Source of the DNA: a virus
Strand: one strand, 5' to 3'
DNA length: 64,000 bases
IMG/VR virus record: IMGVR_UViG_3300047546_001659
Location: 54,012-118,011 of that record
Shown: positions 56,103-64,000 of the stretch, one piece after another
Position numbering within the stretch: position 1 is the first letter of the stretch
Layout: each line of letters opens with the position of its first letter
Translations under genes and position numbers: made by a program
The notes under the pieces: model-generated
Database searches by the model: none
What the model was told of the DNA's origin: nothing
What the model saw: the letters and a program-made list of their open reading frames with translations, nothing else

Positions 56103-56588
56103 TTAGCCTTCAACAATTAAATTTTGTCCAGTGAGTTTTTCTTTTCTAGTCCACTGAACTACTAACCCGATTGCACGACCATGGGCTTCAATTTCCCAGG
56201 GCGTATCCCAGTAATCGACCTTTGCAGTATCAACAAGTTTACCGTTAAATTTATAAACTTTTGGTTTACTGTAAAGTTCGTAATACTCTCCTTTAGCCCA
56301 TTGCTTGACATGTACAAGCTCATGAGCTAAACTATTTAGCAAAAGAGATATCTTCTGATTAGGCTCCAATTGAATAGTAAATTCACGAGGATTGCGATGT
56401 GTGTCTTCCCAAACACAATTTCCATATGAATTACAGTCCTTAAAAAGATTCTTTTTAAAAACTACATCAATTTTCAGCTTATTTCTCATGTTTTCAGTAA
56501 AAAACTTTTTTAGAACAAAAGTTGATAAACTTTTAAGTTTTTTATAATCACTATTAGAAATTAATTTACTGTTTTTGAAATTAACCAT
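56103..56588 (-). CDS. zinc metallopeptidase-like protein (HExxH)
   Basis: LAHELVHVKQ..PWEIEA. Confidence 0.7.
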   Translation of the reverse strand: MVNFKNSKLISNSDYKKLKSLSTFVLKKFFTENMRNKLKIDVVFKKNLFKDCNSYGNCVWEDTHRNPREFTIQLEPNQKISLLLNSLAHELVHVKQWAKGEYYELYSKPKVYKFNGKLVDTAKVDYWDTPWEIEAHGRAIGLVVQWTRKEKLTGQNLIVEG

Positions 56589-56632
56589 AAAGTACCTCCA
56601 TTAATTAAATATAGTATACTTTTGATATTAAA

Positions 56633-57289
56633 TCAAGGTTCCATTAAATTGAGTTCTTTCAGTGACGGAAAATAATCAATTAATTTGTACCAACAATCGA
56701 GGGCAATCTCTCGATGTTCTTTTTGTGTGCCATTGGAACATCTTAATTGGCAATAATGTACCCAAGAACGCAAAGAACCAGACATATACATGCGTGAAAC
56801 AGTAAGACCTTCAGGTAATACGGCTCTAGCCTGTTCCTTGGCAATTCCATTATTAATAGCCCAGTCATAAGCTATTTTGGCAGAATCGATGACGTATTGC
56901 TGCCTGCCTTCCCATTGGAATGAAAGGTCATTGTTGTCAACTTCAATTGAGTTCTGTCTGTTTTTAGTATCTTGGAGACGGGCTTCACGGGTCGTAAATC
57001 CGAGATCTTTTGTGGGATCTGCATAACGTTGACTAAACTCCTGAAATGTGAAACTACGATGACGTAGAATCTGTCTAGCAATATCTCTTGTTGTGTTGAT
57101 CTCCATGACAATATGAACCATTTCAAGAGGTGACCAATGTTTATTCTTGACAAGATATTTTACAAGACGACTTGCGGTTTCATTATTATTTTGGTTAGAA
57201 GGATTTGAAACCCTTGCCACGTACGCAATAAAATCATTCACATCCAATCCACTTACTGGACGTGTAACGGCAATTACATCAACACTCAT
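56633..57289 (-). CDS. thyX: flavin-dependent thymidylate synthase
   Basis: HWSPLE, RHRSFTFQEFSQRY, EQARAVLP, TQKEHR. Confidence 0.95.
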   Translation of the reverse strand: MSVDVIAVTRPVSGLDVNDFIAYVARVSNPSNQNNNETASRLVKYLVKNKHWSPLEMVHIVMEINTTRDIARQILRHRSFTFQEFSQRYADPTKDLGFTTREARLQDTKNRQNSIEVDNNDLSFQWEGRQQYVIDSAKIAYDWAINNGIAKEQARAVLPEGLTVSRMYMSGSLRSWVHYCQLRCSNGTQKEHREIALDCWYKLIDYFPSLKELNLMEP

Positions 57290-57290
57290 A

Positions 57291-57569
57291 TTAATCTCTT
57301 AAAAATTCATAGGATTTAATCATTACAGATTCTTTTACAGGATAATAATCATTTCCTGTAACACCTTGCATAATATAATCCCCATAATGGGCTTTCATAA
57401 CACCTTCTAGTGTCATAATCATAACACAAGGTTCATCATCACGATCAAGATGAGTAATGAAAGCATGATCTTCAGACCAACGACGAAGTTCTTCGTCAGT
57501 CAATTCTTTTGTAAATTGAATTGTTTTTTGAACAAAAGGTTTTTTCTTTACAATATATTCACGAATCAT
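57291..57569 (-). CDS. PGDYG-like hypothetical protein
   Basis: TLEGVMKAHYGDYIMQGV..YPV. Confidence 0.6.
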   Translation of the reverse strand: MIREYIVKKKPFVQKTIQFTKELTDEELRRWSEDHAFITHLDRDDEPCVMIMTLEGVMKAHYGDYIMQGVTGNDYYPVKESVMIKSYEFLRD

Positions 57570-57777
57570 AAATTTCACTTTCAATTATATTAATCACATC
57601 TTTGGGAGATTCTGCTACTTCCCACTGAACACCAGTGTAACCCCCGAACACGAAAGTTTTGAACCCATGACCTTCAATTGCAGCTTCATATACAGCTGTG
57701 ATTTGATCAGCATTAATATATATAGGATTGCCTTTATGGGCTTCAGCTTCATTAGTAAGTTTAATAAATTTTTTCAT
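57559..57777 (-). CDS. FlbD-like small protein
   Basis: FIKLT..IYINADQI..VAES. Confidence 0.5.
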   Translation of the reverse strand: MKKFIKLTNEAEAHKGNPIYINADQITAVYEAAIEGHGFKTFVFGGYTGVQWEVAESPKDVINIIESEIYDS

Positions 57778-57795
57778 ATTATATCCTTAATAAAA

Positions 57796-57872
57796 TGGTA
57801 CCCTCGACCGGATTCGAACCGGTAACACAGAGATTTTAAGTCTCTTGACTCTACCTGTTGGTCTACGAGGGC
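57796..57872 (-). tRNA. tRNA-Leu(UAA) with short variable loop
   Basis: GCCCTCG/CGAGGGT-A-CCA; anticodon arm AGAGA-CTTAAAA-TCTCT; T-arm ACCGG-TTCGAAT-CCGGT. Confidence 0.85.
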
Positions 57873-57875
57873 AAT

Positions 57876-57952
57876 TGGCGATCTCAGGAGGATTCGAACC
57901 TCCGACCTGCGGATTAGAAATCCGTTGCTCTGTCCAGCTGAGCTATGAGACC
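57876..57952 (-). tRNA. tRNA-Arg(UCU)
   Basis: GGTCTCA/TGAGATC-G-CCA; anticodon loop TTTCTAA; canonical D- and T-arms. Confidence 0.9.
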
Positions 57953-57954
57953 AT

Positions 57955-58248
57955 TCAATAAAGATTAATGTTTAATTTTTCACGAAAATACTTTTTAAGT
58001 TCTTTTTCAAAAAACTCTGGTGATGTAGTCATATAAGATGTGTAGAGTTTTGTGATATCGTCGTCTTTGTGATGAAGTTTACCATAAACAGTATATCCAC
58101 GTTCTTGAACAGCGTGAACAAGGTCACGATCATCATCCCCTGGTTCATATACAGTGAACCCTCGGCTTCTTACTTCTTCAACAAGATCATAGTCATCAAT
58201 ATCATCTAAGTCAAAATCAACATCAACTGTCTGAGTAATAGTTGGCAT
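57955..58248 (-). CDS. hypothetical protein with internal repeat
   Basis: DDYDLVEEVRSRGFTVY / DDRDLVHAVQERGYTVY. Confidence 0.6.
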   Translation of the reverse strand: MPTITQTVDVDFDLDDIDDYDLVEEVRSRGFTVYEPGDDDRDLVHAVQERGYTVYGKLHHKDDDITKLYTSYMTTSPEFFEKELKKYFREKLNINLY

Positions 58249-58249
58249 G

Positions 58250-58495
58250 TCACTTGTACCTTTTGTTTATCTCATCAATCCTAATATTAAGATACTCTAT
58301 AATGAAATCTTTTGCAACAGAATTTTCAAAGTATATCTTAGCATAGTTTAGTTCATCAACAAAGGCTGCTTTTTTCATCTGATCTACTGAATAATTATAA
58401 GGCAGATCAGTCCCAGAGTGCTTCAAAGTACTTGCCGAAAAGCCTGAAACCGTTTCGTTTGCGCTCATTCCATTTCTCCCAGCCTTCTTGATCAA
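58250..58495 (-). CDS. hypothetical protein (start uncertain)
   Basis: Fills gap in the gene chain. Confidence 0.35.
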   Translation of the reverse strand: MIKKAGRNGMSANETVSGFSASTLKHSGTDLPYNYSVDQMKKAAFVDELNYAKIYFENSVAKDFIIEYLNIRIDEINKRYK

Positions 58496-58976
58496 ACTTG
58501 TGTGTATGATTAGGACCTTCTACCATTTCCCAGTAATGTTCTTTCTTGGGTTTATACTTAGGTGTTTTACCCATCTCATATAAAGTTTCGTCTAATACAT
58601 TACCTTCAATATCTACTTTTCTCCAGAGTATATCTGTTTCACCTGTATGAAATTGATCATCAGCATTCTCATCGAGTTTCTGAGCAAATGCCCAGATCAT
58701 CTCGTCAAGTACCCAATCCCAACGTTTATGAAAATTATCATCTGTATCATAATCGTGTTTTTTAGGAGGAGCAGATGTTGAACGAAGTTCTTCCGGAACA
58801 TCCTCATCATCTACAAGAGGTGCGCCATGCTTTGTAGCCTGCAACTGCACAAGCATAGGATGAATAATAAGCGCAAGAGTATGATCCATTGACCATGTAT
58901 CCCACTTGTCAATCTGAATCTTTATTTTACGTTCAACATTAAATTTATTTGGGAATTTTCCTAAATTTACTTTCAT
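58407..58976 (-). CDS. conserved phage hypothetical protein
   Basis: WDTWSMDHTLALII.PML..WDWVLDEMIWAF..GFRLFGKYF..LWD. Confidence 0.7.
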   Translation of the reverse strand: MKVNLGKFPNKFNVERKIKIQIDKWDTWSMDHTLALIIHPMLVQLQATKHGAPLVDDEDVPEELRSTSAPPKKHDYDTDDNFHKRWDWVLDEMIWAFAQKLDENADDQFHTGETDILWRKVDIEGNVLDETLYEMGKTPKYKPKKEHYWEMVEGPNHTHKFDQEGWEKWNERKRNGFRLFGKYFEALWD

Positions 58977-59782
58977 TAGAACACCAACCAACCTTTTTGT
59001 TCATCTATTTGATATTTGTCTATAGCTGTTTCTTTTATACCTCTTAGAAACCCATCTGGTGGAATCATATTATACCTAGCTGTTTCATCATTGGGCTGTG
59101 TATGTGAAATTTTCTTTTCTATTGGAACAATAACGGGTGCAGGATCAACTACAAACATGGGAAGAGCAAAACCATTTTGAACACCCATCATATGATCAAT
59201 AGAAACCCCAAGTGGTAAATTACCTCCATTACCTTGCCAATTATCTAAAGCGTTTAAACATGATCTGGCGGTATTTGGTGTTAATGCATATGCATGAGTA
59301 CCTTCAAACTTATTAATAGGAATTTTTTTATATGGTTCATCTATACACTCATAGTCATCTCTATGATCAACTCTGAATCCTAGAAATGTCCATTGATAAT
59401 CATCTACCTCTAAATCAAGAAAATTTCTTTTGACAATAGCATCATGTTCAAATACTGCTACAGCACCGGTATGTTCTTTCGCTACTTTTTTCCATATAGC
59501 AAGGTGTCCAGTCAAACACAATTGCTCTTTAAACCAAACATTATAAACTAAATGTTCCTGTAATTTAGGATGATTAGGATTGATTGTTGCATGTTCGTCA
59601 ACACGAGGATCAACTTTAAATCCCCATTTATCTCTAATTGCTTGAGTGGAGGTAGGGAGTTTCATTCCAAGAAACGGAGTGACCGGTATACCATGTTGTT
59701 CACAGGATGCTTTACACTCCTCCATATACTTAATAGCATCAGGAGTATCAATATACAAAATATAAGCATGCTCAATTTTCAT
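58976..59782 (-). CDS. glycosyltransferase family 25-like
   Basis: CLTGHLAIW..VFEHDA..GTHAYALTP..SID. Confidence 0.7.
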   Translation of the reverse strand: MKIEHAYILYIDTPDAIKYMEECKASCEQHGIPVTPFLGMKLPTSTQAIRDKWGFKVDPRVDEHATINPNHPKLQEHLVYNVWFKEQLCLTGHLAIWKKVAKEHTGAVAVFEHDAIVKRNFLDLEVDDYQWTFLGFRVDHRDDYECIDEPYKKIPINKFEGTHAYALTPNTARSCLNALDNWQGNGGNLPLGVSIDHMMGVQNGFALPMFVVDPAPVIVPIEKKISHTQPNDETARYNMIPPDGFLRGIKETAIDKYQIDEQKGWLVF

Positions 59783-59801
59783 AGGTCACCTTATTATAAA
59801 A

Positions 59802-59876
59802 TGGTTGCGGGGGATGGATTCGCACCACCGACCTTCGGATTATGAGTCCGACGCTCTTCTTCTGCGCTACCCCGCG
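59802..59876 (-). tRNA. tRNA-Met(CAU), initiator-like
   Basis: CGCGGGG/CCCCGCA-A-CCA with C1:A72 mismatch; anticodon loop CTCATAA. Confidence 0.8.
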
Positions 59877-59886
59877 TCAATTAATA

Positions 59887-60249
59887 TTATGCATCACGTG
59901 AAATATAATGCATACGAACTTTTTCTGGTTTAAAATACTTATCCACAGTTTCAATTACTGTATCATTATTAAACGGCTTACATGAAAAAACATCAATATA
60001 AAAATTACCATCAGCATCAACAAAGTGACCTGTAATGTTTGATGTTTCAATCATCTGACAGAATGAAATACCGGACTTGGAAAGATCATGAGTAGCAAAA
60101 CGTTCAATCCATGGTTCACCGAAAGCAACCATATCAATAGCAACAACAAGTTCTTTGATAAACTTATAAACGTTTTCTTTTGATGCGATGAGTTCTCTAT
60201 CACCATTTGTACAATCAAGCAATAGATGGTAACCCCAAGTCTTGTTCAT
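59887..60249 (-). CDS. speD: S-adenosylmethionine decarboxylase proenzyme
   Basis: WGYHLLLDC, G.S..QMIETSNITGHF..YIDVFSCKPF. Confidence 0.8.
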   Translation of the reverse strand: MNKTWGYHLLLDCTNGDRELIASKENVYKFIKELVVAIDMVAFGEPWIERFATHDLSKSGISFCQMIETSNITGHFVDADGNFYIDVFSCKPFNNDTVIETVDKYFKPEKVRMHYISRDA

Positions 60250-60279
60250 TCTTTTCTCCTTATTGTAAAGATCTATTTA

Positions 60280-60792
60280 TTAACTTATTTTCTTAATAGG
60301 TCTACGAATATCAACTATCTGGCTTGCAGGGTAAGAAGATATCTTTACAGAATCGTCTTGATTGCCACCTAGTAGTTGAACATATTTTTCACCATTCTCT
60401 ATATGATAACCATAAAAGAAAGCTACGTGTCTACCACTACCACCAGTTCTTCTAAGAAGAACAATATCACCTGGTTGTGGTTCTTTAACTTTCTCTCCAT
60501 AGTTATGATAGCTAGATGCTAATAAACTATTAGTAGAATAGTAACCGGTTTGTTCTAATACAAAATTAATAAATCCAGCACACCAAGGTGTCTGCACTGG
60601 ATCTACTTCTAAAATTTCTTTTAGTTCTTTTCTATTCTTTCTAGCTTCATAGCCATTATAGTTCATGGCTACTTTCATAATATCTGGCTGCTTAGCAAAC
60701 ATACCATTGAAATCAACAGAAAATGTTAATTCAAAAGCTAACACCTTGGCAGGTAACAGACATATGAGTAAAGTTGCTAGAAATTTTTTCAT
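60280..60792 (-). CDS. NlpC/P60-CHAP (TIGR02594-like) cell-wall peptidase
   Basis: Signal peptide; PWCAGF, PGDIV, GRHVAF, LGGNQ. Confidence 0.8.
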   Translation of the reverse strand: MKKFLATLLICLLPAKVLAFELTFSVDFNGMFAKQPDIMKVAMNYNGYEARKNRKELKEILEVDPVQTPWCAGFINFVLEQTGYYSTNSLLASSYHNYGEKVKEPQPGDIVLLRRTGGSGRHVAFFYGYHIENGEKYVQLLGGNQDDSVKISSYPASQIVDIRRPIKKIS

Positions 60793-61238
60793 TGTAAATG
60801 GGTAAGCATTTTTCTGCAGTATGCGGTCTTATTTGATTTTGGAATCTGACCACTGCTATAAAACGATGCTGCTTTGCAGATATCGTTGTTTGTTCTATCC
60901 AAAGCATAACGAAGATATGCCATGCTATACTCTAAGTTTACTTCAGGTTTGTAAAGTTCAGTACACTTACCCTTAAATCCCTCTGATTTAGCCGTACCGC
61001 ATCGAATTTGGCCGAGACCAATTTCTCCGAGTTTTCCGGTAACAGTGGGATCATAATTTGATTCCAAGCTGACAATAGCATGCGCTAAGTCTTTTGGAAC
61101 ATTATGTCTTTCTGCGATTATATCTACTAGTAACTGTATATCCGATTTATTAAACGATGTATTTTTCGATGTATTAGCGCTGTATGATGCAGAAGACATA
61201 CTAACCCCTATTACGAGGGCTAATAGTACTTTCTTCAT
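60789..61238 (-). CDS. SLT lytic transglycosylase
   Basis: Signal peptide; LESNYDP..GEIGLGQI..LYKPEVNLEYSMAYL. Confidence 0.8.
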   Translation of the reverse strand: MKKVLLALVIGVSMSSASYSANTSKNTSFNKSDIQLLVDIIAERHNVPKDLAHAIVSLESNYDPTVTGKLGEIGLGQIRCGTAKSEGFKGKCTELYKPEVNLEYSMAYLRYALDRTNNDICKAASFYSSGQIPKSNKTAYCRKMLTHLQ

Positions 61239-61323
61239 TTTTCTTCCTTTGGTTGACACAAAGGCTTCTAACCTTGTGCTTCTCGTGCTAGAAGGAGCAC
61301 GATTGAATATTTATTTTATCTGA

Positions 61324-62091
61324 TTATTGTAAAGACGGCCACTGTTTCTTATCTGGATCAGTATTCTCAAGCACCTTGAGATCACCAGGAATCATAGGAC
61401 TAAAGTCTAAATGTGTTTCTTGTTCTACTTTCTGAACAGAAACTACGTATTTTGGCAAATCTTTAACTTCTAACTTCTCATTAGGAAAGATAAAGGCAAT
61501 CATCTTCTTATTAGTAGGATCAATAATAACTTTAAAGAGTCTTGTAGGTACTGCTACTTTATTGGTACCAATTGTCTTGTATCCGTTATCGTAAATTGAG
61601 CCTTGAATGACGTATAAGTCAGCACCAGATACGACCCAGTTACGTACGAATACTTCTAGCTGTTTCCAGATACCTCTGTTGTTACCAGGATTCTGAGGAA
61701 CCATATTTGAAAGAAGGAACGATTCAGACATGGCTTGTTTATTAGCACCATTATTAGCTGCTGGACTCATATGTCCACGATCATATCCTGCACCATTATA
61801 GTCTTGTAGAGTTGATTGGTGTTCTGGTTTAATTTCAGGGTCAGGTCTAAAATCTTCTGTACGAGGTTCTTCACCAATACGATCTTTAGATACGTGCTCA
61901 GCAACATAAAGAGGATTCTTATATACAGTACTGTAAGCTACTGCATAACCAGTACGACAAAGGTACTGAATATTTTCTTTTACAAGCGGTACAGGTGCAC
62001 CCCATTTAACATGTTGTGGACACTTATCATCGATAGAATTAGCAAATGCTAATGTTGGAAAAAATAGTAAAGCTAATAATAACTTTTTCAT
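61324..62091 (-). CDS. DNA/RNA non-specific endonuclease (NucA/Serratia type), secreted
   Basis: Signal peptide; YDRGHMSPAA..SFLLSNMVPQ..NRGIWKQLE. Confidence 0.9.
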   Translation of the reverse strand: MKKLLLALLFFPTLAFANSIDDKCPQHVKWGAPVPLVKENIQYLCRTGYAVAYSTVYKNPLYVAEHVSKDRIGEEPRTEDFRPDPEIKPEHQSTLQDYNGAGYDRGHMSPAANNGANKQAMSESFLLSNMVPQNPGNNRGIWKQLEVFVRNWVVSGADLYVIQGSIYDNGYKTIGTNKVAVPTRLFKVIIDPTNKKMIAFIFPNEKLEVKDLPKYVVSVQKVEQETHLDFSPMIPGDLKVLENTDPDKKQWPSLQ

Positions 62092-62101
62092 CCTGTATTC
62101 C

Positions 62102-63136
62102 TTATGTAACGAGCCAATCTGGTCGACTCAAAGTCCAATCAACAACTTGTTTAATTCGTTCAGTCAATTCAATTTTTGGTTCCCAGCCCATTGCCTTCAT
62201 TCTCTCACCACTAAGAGCATATCTAAGATCATGACCTGGTCGAGATGAATGGAAGTCCACCATCTCATATTTTAATTCTTTACCCTGACAATCAGCAATA
62301 ATTTGAGCTAGTTGTAGATTATTTATTTCTTGTTTTCCAACGATATTAAACTTAGGGCATTTAACACCGTTAGTTATTTCACTATAATTTAAATTATTAG
62401 TATGAGCATTGTTTAACAAAAACAAAATAGCATCAGCAACATCTACTGCATGAATATAATGTCTGCTTCCTGGAATAGTTTTTGATGCATCAGAATGAAC
62501 TGTAATTGTTTGTCCGTCTCTGACCTTCTTGATACACATAGGAATATATTTTTCTGGATGTTGTCTTTCACCAAATACGTTCATTGTATGTGTAATAATG
62601 ATAGGAAGACCGTATGTGTTATGATATGCAACTGCTAACTCCTCACCACCAGCCTTTGTTGCTGAGTATGGATTAGTTGAATTATAACGATCATATTCGT
62701 CATAGTTAACACCAGGAGGTGCAGGACCAAACACTTCATCGGTTGAGAAGTAAATAAACTTCTCAAGTGTACCATTACAACTACGAGCATATTCTAGTAT
62801 ATTACATGTTGCCACAACATTGTCAAGAACAAACTCCATGGGATAATCAATAGACCTATCGACATGACTACCAGCGGCCAGATGAAGAATAGTATCCACT
62901 GGACCAATACGAGAAGCAGTAAGTGGTGTAATAGCTGCCTTAAGGTCATGATAAACAACCTTCACTCTGTGTTTGTTAGGATTATCTTTAATTAAGTCGT
63001 GAAGACGGTTTAGATTACCAGAGAAATCTAACCGGTCAAGACTAATAACATTCCAATCTGTATTATTAAGAAGATAGTCAATAACGTGATGTGCAATAAA
63101 TCCTGCACCACCTGTAACTAGAACATTCTTTGACAT
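62102..63136 (-). CDS. rfbB: dTDP-glucose 4,6-dehydratase
   Basis: TGGAGFI, HLAAGSHVDRSI, STDEVFG, PYSATK, RPGHDLRY. Confidence 0.88.
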   Translation of the reverse strand: MSKNVLVTGGAGFIAHHVIDYLLNNTDWNVISLDRLDFSGNLNRLHDLIKDNPNKHRVKVVYHDLKAAITPLTASRIGPVDTILHLAAGSHVDRSIDYPMEFVLDNVVATCNILEYARSCNGTLEKFIYFSTDEVFGPAPPGVNYDEYDRYNSTNPYSATKAGGEELAVAYHNTYGLPIIITHTMNVFGERQHPEKYIPMCIKKVRDGQTITVHSDASKTIPGSRHYIHAVDVADAILFLLNNAHTNNLNYSEITNGVKCPKFNIVGKQEINNLQLAQIIADCQGKELKYEMVDFHSSRPGHDLRYALSGERMKAMGWEPKIELTERIKQVVDWTLSRPDWLVT

Positions 63137-63138
63137 TT

Positions 63139-63585
63139 TTAATCTTTCAATTTATTAACATAATCAGTACAAACACCACTTACATCAAGAGTCTTAATAG
63201 TAGGAAAATCATAATGTAATTCTGGTAGTACTGCAAAACTATCTCTAAGTAGTTTTACACCAGGGTAAGCCCATAACCATCCATGATTAGTTATAGTATA
63301 TTTGTCATTTTCATGCCAGAAGTAATTGTAAAGAGACAAACGTTTGTATGCAAATTCTAATGCTTCTATTTCTTTACAATGTATTACTAGTTTAGGATTA
63401 CTTAAGTAATTAAGATCTACCTCATAGTCAGCCTTATCGTGTCCTAACCAAGGGTTGCCGTTTTTAATACGTAAATCTATTTCAACATGATAATCTAAAC
63501 TTAAAGCATGATCAATAGTTTCTGGGTTATTTTCTATAGTAGCATCCGGCCCGTCAAGTAGACCTCTATGAGATATAATAATCAT
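63139..63585 (-). CDS. GDPD/PLC-like phosphodiesterase domain protein
   Basis: ISHRG..EN..VEIDL..LGHD..HCK..GVCTD. Confidence 0.7.
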   Translation of the reverse strand: MIIISHRGLLDGPDATIENNPETIDHALSLDYHVEIDLRIKNGNPWLGHDKADYEVDLNYLSNPKLVIHCKEIEALEFAYKRLSLYNYFWHENDKYTITNHGWLWAYPGVKLLRDSFAVLPELHYDFPTIKTLDVSGVCTDYVNKLKD

Positions 63586-64000
63586 GTTCTATACACAAAT
63601 ACGTTAGGGTTAACCATATTGTTGTAATGATCCCAATTAGCAACATAATCACTTTGTTGATATTCTGGGGTTACTTTTTCTTCACGAAGCTTTTCAATAA
63701 CAAAACCGTTATTAATAGCATTTTGAGCCTGTAATCTAAATTCTTGTCTTTGACCTTTTGGTGGAGCTGGTAGCGGGGTAAATTTTGCCCATAAGTCAGT
63801 TATCTCTACTAAATCAAATACGTGAATTTTATAACCATTCTCTTCAGAGAAGACTGTTCTATAAAGTTCTGGACTAAATTGATAGAACCCATGACCCATA
63901 CAACCATCTGCAACTGAAAGACCAGCAAACATGCCTCCTACACGAAGCATACTCTTAATATTTTCCATTGTTGTTTTAATATCATAAACATGTTCAATAG
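63582..64000 (-). CDS. SAM-dependent methyltransferase-like protein (partial, starts beyond window)
   Basis: IEHVYD..ENIKSMLRVGG..HGFYQFSPEL. Confidence 0.6.
   Translation of the reverse strand, partial: IEHVYDIKTTMENIKSMLRVGGMFAGLSVADGCMGHGFYQFSPELYRTVFSEENGYKIHVFDLVEITDLWAKFTPLPAPPKGQRQEFRLQAQNAINNGFVIEKLREEKVTPEYQQSDYVANWDHYNNMVNPNVFVYRT

Noticed and set aside
1-64000. Stop-codon reassignment, introns or inteins in core genes
   Set aside because: Core genes (gp32, primase, RNR, ThyX, PhoH) are intact and of normal length in the standard code; no suppressor tRNA seen

Overview
AT-rich fragment of a large T4-like (Tevenvirinae-related) myovirus genome. It probably infects an Alphaproteobacterium of the Rhizobiales/Hyphomicrobiales type, inferred from a circularly permuted two-piece tmRNA, a Rhizobiales-style outer-membrane protein and a NodF/NodE-like ACP/ketosynthase pair. 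1-21.7 kb is the baseplate/tail module (split VrlC-like gene, gp8, gp7, gp6, gp25, a fragmented gp5 with several murein-hydrolase domains, gp27, gp53, gp48, gp4, gp2, gp54, gp26/gp51 joined by a candidate -1 frameshift, tape measure). 21.7-29 kb holds gp32, gp59, gp33, a KAS+ACP cassette, the tmRNA, an exonuclease, PhoH and RNase H. 29-32.7 kb is a divergent early region with repeated promoters around an inverted-repeat spacer. 32.7-40.8 kb carries a glycosyltransferase, glutaredoxin, RuvC, class II RNR, 2OG-Fe(II) oxygenase, primase and spanins. 40.8-54 kb is a late cluster of fibre proteins, Dps and putative capsid-packaged enzymes carrying T4 IP-like targeting peptides. 54-64 kb carries Pho-box-controlled pstS, a porin, ThyX, three tRNAs, SpeD, lysins, a nuclease and sugar enzymes. 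All annotations come from motif recognition by eye; no searches were run.
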